The notes under the pieces: generated by a model | Database searches by the model: none | Seen by the model: the letters and a program-made list of their open reading frames with translations, nothing else | Told to the model about the DNA's origin: nothing | Shown here: positions 8,390-18,987 of the stretch, one piece after another | Position numbering within the stretch: the stretch's first letter is position 1 | Layout: each line of letters begins with the position of its first letter | Source: Smithellaceae bacterium | Lineage (GTDB): Bacteria; Desulfobacterota; Syntrophia; Syntrophales; Smithellaceae | Length of the DNA stretch: 64,000 nt | Assembly (NCBI GenBank): GCA_963667845.2 | Contig: CAXXVL010000002.1 | Span: 3,072,001 to 3,136,000, forward strand | Direction of reading: 5' to 3' | Program-made: the position numbers and the translations under genes

Positions 8390-9280
8390 TCAGGATACCA
8401 TTTCTTCAATAATGTCTTTAATCGGTTTGATGTCCTTGATCAGTGCACCGACCTGTCCGGCACCGAAGGCCGCGCGTTCATAGTTTCCGGTCGCATCGGG
8501 ATTGCGGTCCAGTTCGTCAGCGATGCTTTCCAGCGGGATTTCGGCAAGTCTCTCTTTGATCCAGGGCGTGATAATCAGTCTCTGTGCCAGTTTCGTGGAC
8601 GAGAGTGGGATCAAACCCGTGCCTCCATCGGACAATTCCACAATCGCTTTTTTCCACTCGGCGCTTGCCAGACTCTCGTCGGAAGCTAAAAATCGTGTGC
8701 CGACCTGAACGCCCTGGGCACCCAGAGCTAATGCCGCTTTATAGCCTCTCGAATCGGCGATGCCTCCCGCGGCCACGATCGGGACATGCACATGATCGGC
8801 AACCAGGGGAACAAGGACCATTGTGGATGATTCGGAATTTTGAGACCGCAACCCGCCCGCTTCCGAGCCGACAACCACCAGCGCGTCCGCCCCGGACTCA
8901 ACCGCGATCACCGCATGCGAAAAGGCTAGAACGACATGGAGCCCTTTCATGCCCAGGTCATGAATATAAGGATAAATCGCTTTGGGAGACCCGACAGACG
9001 TGGTAACGGTTTTAATGCCTTCGTCTGCCAGGACTTTGAGAAATTCAACGCTGTGGGGATTCATGAGGACAAGGTTCGCGCCAAAAGGTTTATCCGTCAG
9101 TTGGCGAACATCATCGATGAGTTTTTTGACTTCGTCCTCCTTGTGGAGAAAACCGACGGCCAGCAAGCCGTAACCGCCGGCTTCGGATACTGCGGCAACC
9201 ATTCGTGGGCTGTTGAATGTCCCGATCGGTCCTTGAATGATGGGATAACGGCAACCGAGCATTTCTAATAATTCCGGCAT
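8390..9280 (-). CDS. Nitronate monooxygenase / FabK-like FMN oxidoreductase
   Basis: YPIIQG, AAVSEAGG.G, KPFGAN, EAGG, AAGGIAD.RG, GVQVGTRF; GGAGG RBS before ATG 9280. Confidence 0.88.
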   Translation of the reverse strand: MPELLEMLGCRYPIIQGPIGTFNSPRMVAAVSEAGGYGLLAVGFLHKEDEVKKLIDDVRQLTDKPFGANLVLMNPHSVEFLKVLADEGIKTVTTSVGSPKAIYPYIHDLGMKGLHVVLAFSHAVIAVESGADALVVVGSEAGGLRSQNSESSTMVLVPLVADHVHVPIVAAGGIADSRGYKAALALGAQGVQVGTRFLASDESLASAEWKKAIVELSDGGTGLIPLSSTKLAQRLIITPWIKERLAEIPLESIADELDRNPDATGNYERAAFGAGQVGALIKDIKPIKDIIEEMVS

Positions 9281-9378
9281 AACCAAAACCTCCTGATTCA
9301 TGATGTCTGCGTTTTAGATTTCCGAAGACAGGCACTCCGTTCGTAGCTTTGAGTGTTCAAAAAGTCAAGGTGGAGATA

Positions 9379-9400
9379 ACGTTTACCGATCCGTAAACGT
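9379..9400. promoter_or_regulatory. 22-bp palindrome, candidate operator between divergent genes
   Basis: ACGTTTAC-C-GATC-C-GTAAACGT. Confidence 0.55.
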
Positions 9401-9411
9401 CGAACATTCTA

Positions 9412-9440
9412 TTGACAGGCCACACGGGTTTTCCTATACT
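9412..9440 (+). promoter_or_regulatory. sigma70-type promoter
   Basis: TTGACA-17 bp-TATACT upstream of 9497. Confidence 0.7.
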
Positions 9441-9496
9441 TTTCGAAGTGCAAAATATTTTGTCAATTGATCGTCAAGATATATCAGGAGGTTGCC

Positions 9497-11599
9497 ATGG
9501 ACAAATTATTCTATCCGGACTCCATCGCCATCATCGGTCTGTCCTCTAAGCCGAACAACATCCCCCGGCTTGTCCTGGAAAACCTGATCCGGTGGGGATA
9601 CAAGGGACGCATTTTCGGAATTAACCACCGTGCTGCCGATGCGCATGTGGACGGCATCAAAATGTTTAAGGATGTGCGGGAATTACCCGCTATTCCGGAT
9701 CTCGTTTTTATTATGATCCCCGCAAAGCTGATTCCTGACGAGATCGAAGCCTGCGGCAAAGTTGGTGTTAAATGGATGGCCATCCCGTCCGGCGGATTTA
9801 ATGAACTGGGCGATGAGGGCCGAAAGCTTTCCGATCTGGTTTTGCAGAAAGCCCGGAAGTACGGCATCCGGTTTGTCGGCCCCAATGGCGTGACCGTGGC
9901 CAACACGGCCAACGGCCTGTGTCTGCCCTTCGTGCCTTCTTTCAGCCCGCCCAAGGGCGGTCTGTCGCTTATTTCACAAAGCGGCGGGGTGGGCCTGATG
10001 CTCTGGAATCTAATGACCGATGACAACGTCGGCATGGCCAAATTTGCCAGCATCGGCAATAAACTGGACCTGGACGAGGTGGATTTTCTCGAATATTTCG
10101 GCCGGGACCCGGAAACCAAAGTCATCGGCATGTATCTGGAAAGCATCCCCCGGGGAGACCGCCTGATTGAGGCGGCGTCCAAAATCGACAAACCCGTAAT
10201 TGTCCTGAAATCCAACACCACCACGGCGGGCCGCAAGGCCGCCATGAGCCACACAGCGGCTCTGGCCAACGACGAAGCCATCATTGACGCGGCCTTCGAA
10301 CGCGCCGGCATTATCCGCATCCATCACTTTAACGATTTCATCTCCATCGCTAAAGCGTTTGAACTGCCGCCGATGCGGGGCAGGCGGATGATGGTTATGT
10401 CTCCTGCGGGTGGTTTCACGGTGATGATGGCGGACCTCTGTGAAGATTCGGAATTTGAGTTTGCCGATCCCGGCGCCGCTTTTTATGATGAACTTAAAAA
10501 TTCATCCAACGCCGGCGTTATCAATTTTTCGAATCCCCTGGATATGGGCGATATTTATGATTCGAAGGCTTATCCCAGCATCTTTTATTCCGTGATGCAT
10601 AACGCCAACGTGGACGGAGCGGTGTTTGTTACCCAATGGCCGGAAATGCCGCGCGGCGAGGACGTTTTCTATAAAATGTTCCACACGGATCTTTCGAAAG
10701 AGGTCGCCGGAACGATCCTCTCGTCCGGGAAGCCTTTGGGCGTCTGCCTCTTCGGTCTGTCGGCGACGATTTCCCGGATCAAACAAAATCTCGATTTCCC
10801 GATCTTCAACAATGCCAGTGAGATGATCCGCGCCTTTAAAAAACAGTGTGACTTCTATGCCAAAAAAGCACTGCCGGTCCCCGTCTATCAAATGCCTCGC
10901 GGCATTCATCTGGAGGGAGCAAAAACCTGGATTGCCAAAAACCCGGGGGTGACGGGAGAGGATGCCCTGGAGCTTCTGCATCACTTCGGGATCATGTGCG
11001 CCGAATCTGCCGTAGTGCCTGACAGCGAAACAGCAGTCGCGGCCGCCGACCGGGTCGGTTATCCCGTGGTAATGAAAATTGTATCTCCCGATGCCATTCA
11101 TAAATCCGAAGCCGGCGGCGTCATCACGGGCGTGAAGAGTGCCGAAGAGGTTCGCGACGCATTTCAAAACATTCGGAAAAACCTTTATCGGTATAAGGCC
11201 GACGCAAGGTTTGAAGGTGTCCGCGTCATGAAACAAGCGGGTGAGGGCTATGATATGTTTGTCGGCGGAAAATACGATCCCTCATTCGGCCCCATTGTAT
11301 TTTTCGGTTACGGCGGCATTTACATCGAGGTATTCCGTGATACAGCTAACGTGCTCTGCCCGGCCGGCATGGCGGAAATTGAAAACAAGGTCCGAAAATT
11401 AAAATCCTGCAAAATCCTGCAGGGGACCAGGGGGAAGGGAGCTGGCGACATTCCGGGCTACGTGGCCGTGATCGAGCGTGTAACGCATCTCCTCCATGCA
11501 TTTCCTCAGATTCGTGAACTGGACATCAATCCGGTCCGTGTTCTTGCCGACGGTACAGGTGTGATTGCCCTGGATGCCCGGGTAAGAATTGAAAGCTGA
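9497..11599 (+). CDS. ADP-forming acetate/acyl-CoA ligase (fused alpha-beta, ACD family)
   Basis: CoA-binding N-terminus, GPN, SQSGG, catalytic SHT, NPLD, ATP-grasp HKSEAGGV and ELDINP; GGAGG RBS. Confidence 0.9.
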   Translation: MDKLFYPDSIAIIGLSSKPNNIPRLVLENLIRWGYKGRIFGINHRAADAHVDGIKMFKDVRELPAIPDLVFIMIPAKLIPDEIEACGKVGVKWMAIPSGGFNELGDEGRKLSDLVLQKARKYGIRFVGPNGVTVANTANGLCLPFVPSFSPPKGGLSLISQSGGVGLMLWNLMTDDNVGMAKFASIGNKLDLDEVDFLEYFGRDPETKVIGMYLESIPRGDRLIEAASKIDKPVIVLKSNTTTAGRKAAMSHTAALANDEAIIDAAFERAGIIRIHHFNDFISIAKAFELPPMRGRRMMVMSPAGGFTVMMADLCEDSEFEFADPGAAFYDELKNSSNAGVINFSNPLDMGDIYDSKAYPSIFYSVMHNANVDGAVFVTQWPEMPRGEDVFYKMFHTDLSKEVAGTILSSGKPLGVCLFGLSATISRIKQNLDFPIFNNASEMIRAFKKQCDFYAKKALPVPVYQMPRGIHLEGAKTWIAKNPGVTGEDALELLHHFGIMCAESAVVPDSETAVAAADRVGYPVVMKIVSPDAIHKSEAGGVITGVKSAEEVRDAFQNIRKNLYRYKADARFEGVRVMKQAGEGYDMFVGGKYDPSFGPIVFFGYGGIYIEVFRDTANVLCPAGMAEIENKVRKLKSCKILQGTRGKGAGDIPGYVAVIERVTHLLHAFPQIRELDINPVRVLADGTGVIALDARVRIES

Positions 11600-11659
11600 A
11601 GCAGCGCTCACAACAGCATCATTTTCAGCGGTGAAGAGCAGCGTTGTCCGGAAACGACT

Positions 11660-12967
11660 CTACATGAGAGACATATTTTCGGCATCCCGCATGAGTTCAT
11701 CCCGGAATTTGGGATGGGCGATACTGATCAGGGCCAGCGCCCGCGCCCGTGTTGATTTTCCCTTCAGGTTGACGATCCCGTATTCCGTTGCGATATAATG
11801 AACGTCATTACGGGGTGTCGTGACCATGGTTCCCGCCGGAAACTGGCTGACAATGCGCGATACCTCTTCGTTTTTTACCGTCGAGTATAATACGAGAATC
11901 GCTTTGCCTTCGGGCGAATCATAAGCCCCCCGGACAAAATCAAGCTGTCCGCCCGTGCCGCTGTATTGGCGTCCTTCCAGGTATTCTGCGTTACACTGTC
12001 CCAGGAGGTCAATCTGAAGAATGGCATTGATGGATGTCATCCGATTGTTCTGCGCTATGACGCCGGGGTTCATAACATATGAACTGGGATAATTTTCAAA
12101 GCTCTTATCCCTGTCCATATACTGAAACGTCTCTTTACCACCGTAGGCGAGCGAAAAAATATGCTTGCCCGCGTGGACATTCTTATGCGCCCCGGTAATG
12201 ACGCCTTTTTTAATCAGATCGACCATGCCGGGGCAGAGAAGTTCCGTGTGGATGCCCAAATCCTTGTGACCTGTGAGATAAGGCGCGATGGCATTGGGCA
12301 GGGTACCGATACCCAGTTGGATGACCGCCTGATCCGGCACATGTTCAGCGACAATTTTGCCGATAACCGGGTCCAGCGGATTGGGTTGCATGGGCAGTAA
12401 TTCCAGCAGAGGGACGGTGTTTTCCACAATCATTGAAATATCGGAAACGTGGATCAAGGCGTCGCCATAGACGAACGGCATATTCTCGTTGACTTCGACA
12501 ATTAATGTTTTGCACAGCGTCGCCATTACGGATAAATACCCGTTGCAGGGTCCAAAACTGAGAAAGCCGTCTTCATTCATCGGCGCTACTGTGGTGACGG
12601 CAATATCGACTTCCATATTTTCCATGACAATTTTCGGCACCTGATGGAGGTAGGCGGGGACAAATTGTGTCAACCCGACCTGTACCATGTTTCGGGAGGC
12701 TTCGCTCACAAACCAGCTGTAAGAATCGACGACGTCGGCAATATCCGGGCTTCCCAAAGTCTGGGCAAAATGCTTTTGCGCGTTGAATGTGTAAACTTTG
12801 ATGTTGTTCAGATCACCCGATCGAGCCCGCGAGGCAATAGCAGCCAGCATGCCCGGTGGTTCGGCGATGGTGACGCCATGGATCAGCGTGTCCCCGTCTT
12901 TAACACAAGCCGCTGCATTTTCAAAAGTTGTCAGTTTTGCTTTATATTGATCGGAATATTCACTCAT
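11660..12967 (-). CDS. Acetyl-CoA hydrolase/transferase (4-hydroxybutyrate CoA-transferase-like)
   Basis: QLGIG..P, GIHTE catalytic Glu, SGTGGQLDFVRGA, TEYG..NLKGK, IAHP.FR. Confidence 0.92.
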   Translation of the reverse strand: MSEYSDQYKAKLTTFENAAACVKDGDTLIHGVTIAEPPGMLAAIASRARSGDLNNIKVYTFNAQKHFAQTLGSPDIADVVDSYSWFVSEASRNMVQVGLTQFVPAYLHQVPKIVMENMEVDIAVTTVAPMNEDGFLSFGPCNGYLSVMATLCKTLIVEVNENMPFVYGDALIHVSDISMIVENTVPLLELLPMQPNPLDPVIGKIVAEHVPDQAVIQLGIGTLPNAIAPYLTGHKDLGIHTELLCPGMVDLIKKGVITGAHKNVHAGKHIFSLAYGGKETFQYMDRDKSFENYPSSYVMNPGVIAQNNRMTSINAILQIDLLGQCNAEYLEGRQYSGTGGQLDFVRGAYDSPEGKAILVLYSTVKNEEVSRIVSQFPAGTMVTTPRNDVHYIATEYGIVNLKGKSTRARALALISIAHPKFRDELMRDAENMSLM

Positions 12968-13165
12968 CTTGGGGAATCTCCTGTTAGCTGCGATGTATGT
13001 TATCCCGCGTGGTTGATCCTTTCAAGTGAAAAAATATCGCCTCGATCTTACACCCGAAGTGACGCTCTTGATAATCTGTCGCCAAATGTCTCGAAATGGT
13101 TGATTAATTATTATGAATAAGGTAACAAAAAAGCGTCAACTCGGCGTTAGAAAATAAATACGTGG

Positions 13166-15199
13166 ATGAAGCATATGCCGGCACTGCGTGCACTGATCAA
13201 GAAATACAAGTCCCGAAAAATATCCACTCAGTATCTGCTTCTGCTCATCCCGGCTATCGCTCTGCTCTTCATCACGTTCGCGGTCGTCGTGTATTACCTC
13301 GGCAAACCGGAAGCCCTGAAAACCAACCTTGAATTATCGGAGATTATCGCCAAGAAAACAAATCAGGCTCTTATTCGCTGGCTGGAAGAGCAGATTCGCA
13401 CGGCTCAGACGATTGCTCATGATCCGCGTGTTGTTGATGCCTGCGCATCGCCTCTGGATATGCAAAAAAGAGCAGCGGCGCAGAAATTCCTCTCGGAAAT
13501 GCATGCACGCTATCCCTATTATGAGAATATTCCCCTGGCTCTCAAGCTGGAGGAAGGTCAAACAGTACCCGTCGATGTTCAGGGTGAAAGGAAGACCATC
13601 GGCAATGGGAATTTTTTTATCGACACGGTAGGAGGCAAAACGATAGGGAAATGCGGACCGCAGTTCAGTTACATAAAAAATGTTTTCTCGGGGAAACCGT
13701 ATTTCATCAGCGAGGTCTATCCCAGCATTCTGCGCGGCAATCCGATCTTTGTCGTGGCTGTCCCGATCCTGCATAACGGCGCTATCATCGGCGCAACGAT
13801 TGTTGCTCCGAGAATGGACTATTTTACCGAATTCTTCGTGGAAAAATCGGCTATTGGTATGACCGGCTACCTGGTGATGATGGATCAGAGCGGGATGATT
13901 ATTTCGCATCCGCAAAAGAAGTTAATACTGAATCCCAAGGGAAAGGACTTGATCAAGCCGGTTATGGATAAAATACGAGCGGGCGAGTCCTATTTCTTAT
14001 CCTCCTTTGACGGGCAGGACAAAGCCTACTATGTGGAAAAACTGACGACGGCGCAGTTCAACATGCAGGACAGCTGGTATATCATCTTTTGCCGGGGGTA
14101 TGATGAGATCCTTTCTGGAATATTTGCCTTCCTGACTAAAACATTTATCAGCGTCTTGCTGATTGTTGTTGCCGTCACGCTGTTCGTTTATTTTCTGACA
14201 AGAAATCTCGTCACCAAGCCGATGGAGAAGGTAGCACAGGCGGTAAACAGCGTCGCGCTGGGCGATCTGCGCGTTAGAATTGACACCGGCGGACAGCAAA
14301 ACGAAGTCGGAATCTTGAGCGGTGCCATCAATAAGATGACGGAGAGCATTCGTGAGCAGACGATAAGAATAAGAGAGTCTGTTGATACGCTCAACGGAAT
14401 CGCCACAGCGATCGTTTCCGCATCCAGCCAGCAGGACGAAGCGATGAAGGGTCTTGAAGGCAATGTGGCGCAAGTAGGCGTATCCTCGAAACAAATATCG
14501 GCGACATCTCAGGAGCTCGCCCGAACAATGGAAGGTGTCAAGCGTGCGGCCGAGGAGGCATCCCGGCTGGCGAATGCCGGACACGCAAGCCTTACCGGGA
14601 TGCAAGACGCCATGCAAACGCTGTCGAACGGAACGGAAGTCGTTTCGGATAAGCTCGCCCTGATTAACCAGAAGGCCAAGAGTATCGACAGTATCATTGC
14701 GACCATCACCAAAATTTCCGATCAGACAAACTTGTTGTCGCTCAATGCCGCCATCGAAGCGGAAAAAGCGGGTGAGTATGGCAGAGGTTTTTCCGTGGTC
14801 GCCAGAGAAATTGGCAGGCTGGCCAATGAGACGGCAATCTCCACCCTGGACATTTCGGATATTATCAACGAAATGCACGTCTCGGTTGTGGATGGGGTCA
14901 AAGAAATGGAAAATTTCCGGCAAGGCGTCACCCACGGGGTTCGATCTGCCGATGATGCTGCAATGCAGCTCTCACAGGTCATTGCCAAGGTTGCCTATCT
15001 CAGTCCGGAATTTGACAAGGTAAATGAAGGCATGCATTTCCAGTCGCTGGGCTCCGGGCAGATCAGTGATGCCATGGCAGACCTGAATCATAGCGCCGGG
15101 CAGATGTCCAGTTCTCTTTCGCAATTCAAGGCCGTCACGGAGCAGCTGAATTCTGCCGCAAACAGGCTCATCCGCACAGTTTCACGGGCTGTGGTGTAA
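13166..15199 (+). CDS. Methyl-accepting chemotaxis protein (dCache-HAMP-MA), WspA-like tip
   Basis: Two TM helices, Cache sensor, [31 protein letters not shown]. Confidence 0.92.
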   Translation: MKHMPALRALIKKYKSRKISTQYLLLLIPAIALLFITFAVVVYYLGKPEALKTNLELSEIIAKKTNQALIRWLEEQIRTAQTIAHDPRVVDACASPLDMQKRAAAQKFLSEMHARYPYYENIPLALKLEEGQTVPVDVQGERKTIGNGNFFIDTVGGKTIGKCGPQFSYIKNVFSGKPYFISEVYPSILRGNPIFVVAVPILHNGAIIGATIVAPRMDYFTEFFVEKSAIGMTGYLVMMDQSGMIISHPQKKLILNPKGKDLIKPVMDKIRAGESYFLSSFDGQDKAYYVEKLTTAQFNMQDSWYIIFCRGYDEILSGIFAFLTKTFISVLLIVVAVTLFVYFLTRNLVTKPMEKVAQAVNSVALGDLRVRIDTGGQQNEVGILSGAINKMTESIREQTIRIRESVDTLNGIATAIVSASSQQDEAMKGLEGNVAQVGVSSKQISATSQELARTMEGVKRAAEEASRLANAGHASLTGMQDAMQTLSNGTEVVSDKLALINQKAKSIDSIIATITKISDQTNLLSLNAAIEAEKAGEYGRGFSVVAREIGRLANETAISTLDISDIINEMHVSVVDGVKEMENFRQGVTHGVRSADDAAMQLSQVIAKVAYLSPEFDKVNEGMHFQSLGSGQISDAMADLNHSAGQMSSSLSQFKAVTEQLNSAANRLIRTVSRAVV

Positions 15200-15400
15200 G
15201 CTATTCATCGGTCATCCGGAAGATCGATTTTCCAACGGGTCATAACTTTCCGCTTAGTACTGTCATAATATTTTTAATGTGCATTATCGGCTCATCGGAA
15301 CACCGTCCGACTATTGATCATTCATTAGAATGTTCAAAAAAGTCTGATACGTAAAGTGGTATATAAATTGCTGCATTTATAATAAATTGCGAGGAGTTTC

Positions 15401-16813
15401 ATGATGATATGTCCTCAATGCGGTTACGAGAGAAGAAAAAGCGATGATATCATTAGCGCATTGGAATGTCCTAAGTGTGGAATAATATATAGCAAATGGA
15501 CGGAAAATCCCTCAGGCACAGGAATGCAACCTGCCTCTGCCTCTCTCGATAAACCAGATATCGTTGAGGAACCGAGGAAGAAGATTTCTATTGAGCGCCT
15601 GGTGATTTACGCTGGTATTGTCGTCGTTTTGATCATTTTGACGCATTCGTTTGTCGCGCCGTCAGTGATCGATTATTTTAAATCGATGAAAAAAGACGCT
15701 GGTGTGGCGGTCGATGACGCTACTTCTCGGATAAATGGAAATCCGGAATCCGACAATGCCCGCAGAGCCGATCATGAAGCAGTCATGCCGACGGATCCGG
15801 CTCTTTCCGGACGAGAGCTGTCGGTCGCTGATGTTGTCAGAGGCAACAGAGAAAGCATCGTTCTCATTAAGACCGCATCCGGTATCGGAACAGGGTTCTT
15901 CATCAACCGCGACGGATATATCGTGACAAACAAACACGTACTGCCCGAGTCCGGCCGCGGAGAAATCAAAACCCTGAAAGGAAGCGTCTTTCAAATTCGT
16001 CAAATTGTGCAGCAGGACGCCGACGCCGATCTGGTCATTGCGGCGACCAGCGCTCCGCCGTCAGAATCCAAACCGGTCAATATCAGATCCGGACTACCCG
16101 AACCCGGCGAAAAGATCATTGTGATCGGTAACCCGATGGGTCTGGAGCAGACGGTATCCGACGGCATTGTTTCCGCGGTGCGGCGCAATCAGAAGGCGGT
16201 GGAATTCATACAAATCACAGCACCTGTTTCACCGGGCAACAGTGGTGGTCCTTTGCTGAACATGCGCGGAGAGGTGATCGGCGTGGCGACGTTTCAATAT
16301 CGCTCCGGACAGAATCTGAACTTCTGCGTCGCCGCATCACGGATCGTCGCCCTGCAGCAGGGAGTTCAATCTTCATTCTCCGGTTCTCCGGGCGGCGATG
16401 CACAGCCTCAGGGACAGGATATCTATTGCTTTGTCGATGGAAACGGACAGGTATCCTTCGTCACGTGGAGGACGGCAATGTTGGTTTCGCGTCCGGACGG
16501 TTCCCTCGACCGTGTGAAATATGAAAAATGGGCGCTGGATCAGGTCGGTGGCAATCCGGATGCAATCAATCCGGACAGGGAAGCGCGTGATGATGTGGAA
16601 AGAAATCGCGAGCAACTCTTTAAAAGTGTTTTTTCGAGCCGGTCCATGAGTGACACGAATCTGACCAGTGGGGAAAGAGACTGGCTGGAAAGACGTTACC
16701 AGAAGCACTATATCGAAATTTACAATCAACGGATGGCTGTCCGTAACGAAGCGATACGGAAATATAGTTCAATGATGAATGAATTTGACCGATTTAGTGC
16801 CAGCAGAAGGTGA
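15401..16813 (+). CDS. Zinc-ribbon, TM-anchored trypsin-like serine protease
   Basis: CPQC/CPKC, one TM, GTGF, TNKHV, D, GNSGGP; no PDZ domain. Confidence 0.88.
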   Translation: MMICPQCGYERRKSDDIISALECPKCGIIYSKWTENPSGTGMQPASASLDKPDIVEEPRKKISIERLVIYAGIVVVLIILTHSFVAPSVIDYFKSMKKDAGVAVDDATSRINGNPESDNARRADHEAVMPTDPALSGRELSVADVVRGNRESIVLIKTASGIGTGFFINRDGYIVTNKHVLPESGRGEIKTLKGSVFQIRQIVQQDADADLVIAATSAPPSESKPVNIRSGLPEPGEKIIVIGNPMGLEQTVSDGIVSAVRRNQKAVEFIQITAPVSPGNSGGPLLNMRGEVIGVATFQYRSGQNLNFCVAASRIVALQQGVQSSFSGSPGGDAQPQGQDIYCFVDGNGQVSFVTWRTAMLVSRPDGSLDRVKYEKWALDQVGGNPDAINPDREARDDVERNREQLFKSVFSSRSMSDTNLTSGERDWLERRYQKHYIEIYNQRMAVRNEAIRKYSSMMNEFDRFSASRR

Positions 16814-16831
16814 CGCGTTGCACCGATCAAC

Positions 16832-16878
16832 AAAAAACCCGCTGATGATGCCGATGCATCACGTCAACGGGTTTTTTT
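16832..16878. terminator. Bidirectional intrinsic terminator
   Basis: AAAAAACCCG...CGGGTTTTTTT between convergent genes. Confidence 0.8.
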
Positions 16879-16897
16879 ATTCCCAAAATGATTCCTG

Positions 16898-17113
16898 TTA
16901 TTCAATAATGGCCAGGACCTGGCCTTCGTTGACGGAATCGCCGACTTTAACTTTGATTTCTTTTATCGTCCCGGCACCCGGTGCGTAAACGGGAATTTCC
17001 ATTTTCATCGCGTCCATGATGATAACTTCTTCTTCTTCCTGTACCTGGCTGCCGACACTCACCGGAATGCTGGCAATCTTCCCCGGCATGGGGGCTTTAA
17101 TTTCCATACTCAT
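16898..17113 (-). CDS. Stand-alone biotin carboxyl carrier protein
   Basis: APMPG, DAMKME biotinylation motif, VKVGDSV.EG. Confidence 0.9.
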   Translation of the reverse strand: MSMEIKAPMPGKIASIPVSVGSQVQEEEEVIIMDAMKMEIPVYAPGAGTIKEIKVKVGDSVNEGQVLAIIE

Positions 17114-17369
17114 AGTTCTTTTCGTGCCTCCCTTATATTTAATTTTTGTTATTTATGAACGAGCAATTCATTCAGCGTCTGAGGTCGATAAATTTGTGAT
17201 GACTTTTACCCCAAATGCCAGGTTTGGTCAACAGAATTGTCAGCGCAAAATGATTTAAGATTCAGTCGTACCGGGCAGCATCGTTTGTGTCTATCGGCGG
17301 TGCGTTATCGACCGGATAAAAAGCGAAAAAATACTTACCAGCTCTAAAAAAACACAGGGAGAGCCGGAT

Positions 17370-17520
17370 AGATTTGCCACCACCCGGGCTTGAGTTTCCA
17401 CGCCGCATTATCGATTTCACTAATCACATCATAGGTTACCGGACTCCGGACTGCGGCCGGCACGATGCTGATTTCAGAAGTGCTTACGTTAAAGCCCGTA
17501 TCGGGGTATGCCTTACTGTA
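17370..17520 (-). pseudogene. Fragment of a HlyD/MacA-type membrane fusion protein
   Basis: AYPD.F......I...P.....VTYDVI.EIDN...KLKPG, then a frameshift to VVANLS (cf. KLKPGMTANVS). Confidence 0.55.
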
Positions 17521-17560
17521 AACGTCGCGCACTTAAATTGAGCGCAGGGGTCGGGCGGAT

Positions 17561-18985
17561 TTACTGGATTTTATTTTGATTGTTCTGCTGTTCAGATGCG
17601 ACCCATCCGCCGCCCAACGCCTTGATGAGCAAAACGGCAGCATTGAGCTGCTGGCCGGTAATGCTGATGACGGTTCGTTCATTGGTTAGGGCAATGGTTT
17701 GCGCGGTAACGACATTCAGGTAACTGACAATTCCGGCCTTGTACTGGTTGGTTGTTAATCGAACAGACTCCCGTGCCGATTTTACAGCCGCTTCCTGAAA
17801 TTGCGCCTCCTCTCCCAGGATGCGCAGCGCAGCCAGATTATCCTCGACTTCTTGAAACCCCGTAAGTACTGTTTGCCGGTAAGAAGCGACCGTTCCATCA
17901 TATGCCGCCTTGGCTTGTTCGGTCTGCGCCTGGCGCGCTCCACCATCGAATATTGTCGCCGTCACAGCCATCGGTCCCAAAGCCCAGAAAAAAGCAGGAG
18001 CGGTAAAGAGGCTGGCCAGGGCCGCACTTGCATATCCTATCGACCCTGAAAGAGTTATAGAAGGATAATAGGCCGCCTTGGCAACACCGATCTGCGCGTT
18101 TGCTGCGGCCATCGTGCGCTCGGCTGCTGCAATATCCGGACGGCGTTCAAGCAGATCGGAGGGAAGGGCCACGGGAATCTTGATCCGGGGCAGTGCGGGT
18201 GCGGCCGGAGGCAGCGAAAAATCAGCCGGCGGTTTGCCGATTAACAGGGCGATGGCATGTTCCAGTTGCGCCCGCTGGACGCCGACATCGGTCGCCTGGG
18301 CCTCAGTGGATTTAAGCTGAGTTCTGGCTGCTTCGACATCCGCTTTAGCCGCAACTCCGGCCCTGTATCGGTTTTGAGTCAGCTCCAGAGCTTTTTCGTA
18401 AGCCCCAACGGCTTCGTCAAAATTCTTCTTTTGCGTATCCAGTGTTCGCAGCTGAAAATAATCCAGGGCAAGTTCAGTCTGCATCGACAGCCGCATGGCC
18501 TGTAAATCGGCGAAAGATGCTTCGGCTGATGCTTTGCTCGATTCGACCTGGCGACGCACCTTTCCCCATAAGTCGATTTCCCACGAGGCATTGAGAGAAA
18601 CCTGATGCTGATTAAACGTGCTCCCCGCATCTCCTGCCGTTTTCTGCCGGGTGAAAGCGGCTCCTGCGCCAAGCGTCGGAAAATAACCCGCGCGGGCGAG
18701 CCGCACCGCCGCCTGAGCCTGGCGATATTGAGATTCCGCCAGAGCAATCGACTGGTTCGATACGTTGACCTGTTCCACGAGCGCGTTCAGCTCCTGACTG
18801 CCGAAGGCTTCCCACCAGTTCACGCGTATTTCCTGATCGCGCGGCAGTGCTTCACGCCATCCGGCAAGTTCCTTATACGCTGCCGGTGCGGGTGCAGCGG
18901 GTCGTTGATAATCCGGTCCGACGGCGCAGCCTAGTATGGTCGCCACAAGGGCCAGAAGAATCTTAAATTTTAATATTTTATTCAT
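17561..18985 (-). CDS. NodT/OprM-family RND outer membrane lipoprotein
   Basis: Lipobox LGC, WEIDLWG, LLERRPDI, FQEVEDNL, ALGGGW. Confidence 0.93.
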   Translation of the reverse strand: MNKILKFKILLALVATILGCAVGPDYQRPAAPAPAAYKELAGWREALPRDQEIRVNWWEAFGSQELNALVEQVNVSNQSIALAESQYRQAQAAVRLARAGYFPTLGAGAAFTRQKTAGDAGSTFNQHQVSLNASWEIDLWGKVRRQVESSKASAEASFADLQAMRLSMQTELALDYFQLRTLDTQKKNFDEAVGAYEKALELTQNRYRAGVAAKADVEAARTQLKSTEAQATDVGVQRAQLEHAIALLIGKPPADFSLPPAAPALPRIKIPVALPSDLLERRPDIAAAERTMAAANAQIGVAKAAYYPSITLSGSIGYASAALASLFTAPAFFWALGPMAVTATIFDGGARQAQTEQAKAAYDGTVASYRQTVLTGFQEVEDNLAALRILGEEAQFQEAAVKSARESVRLTTNQYKAGIVSYLNVVTAQTIALTNERTVISITGQQLNAAVLLIKALGGGWVASEQQNNQNKIQ

Positions 18986-18987
18986 AA

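Noticed and set aside
9511..10320. Long antisense ORFs (also 13997-14935, 45220-45897, 52267-52974)
   Set aside because: Shadows of well-supported genes on the opposite strand, with no recognisable domains
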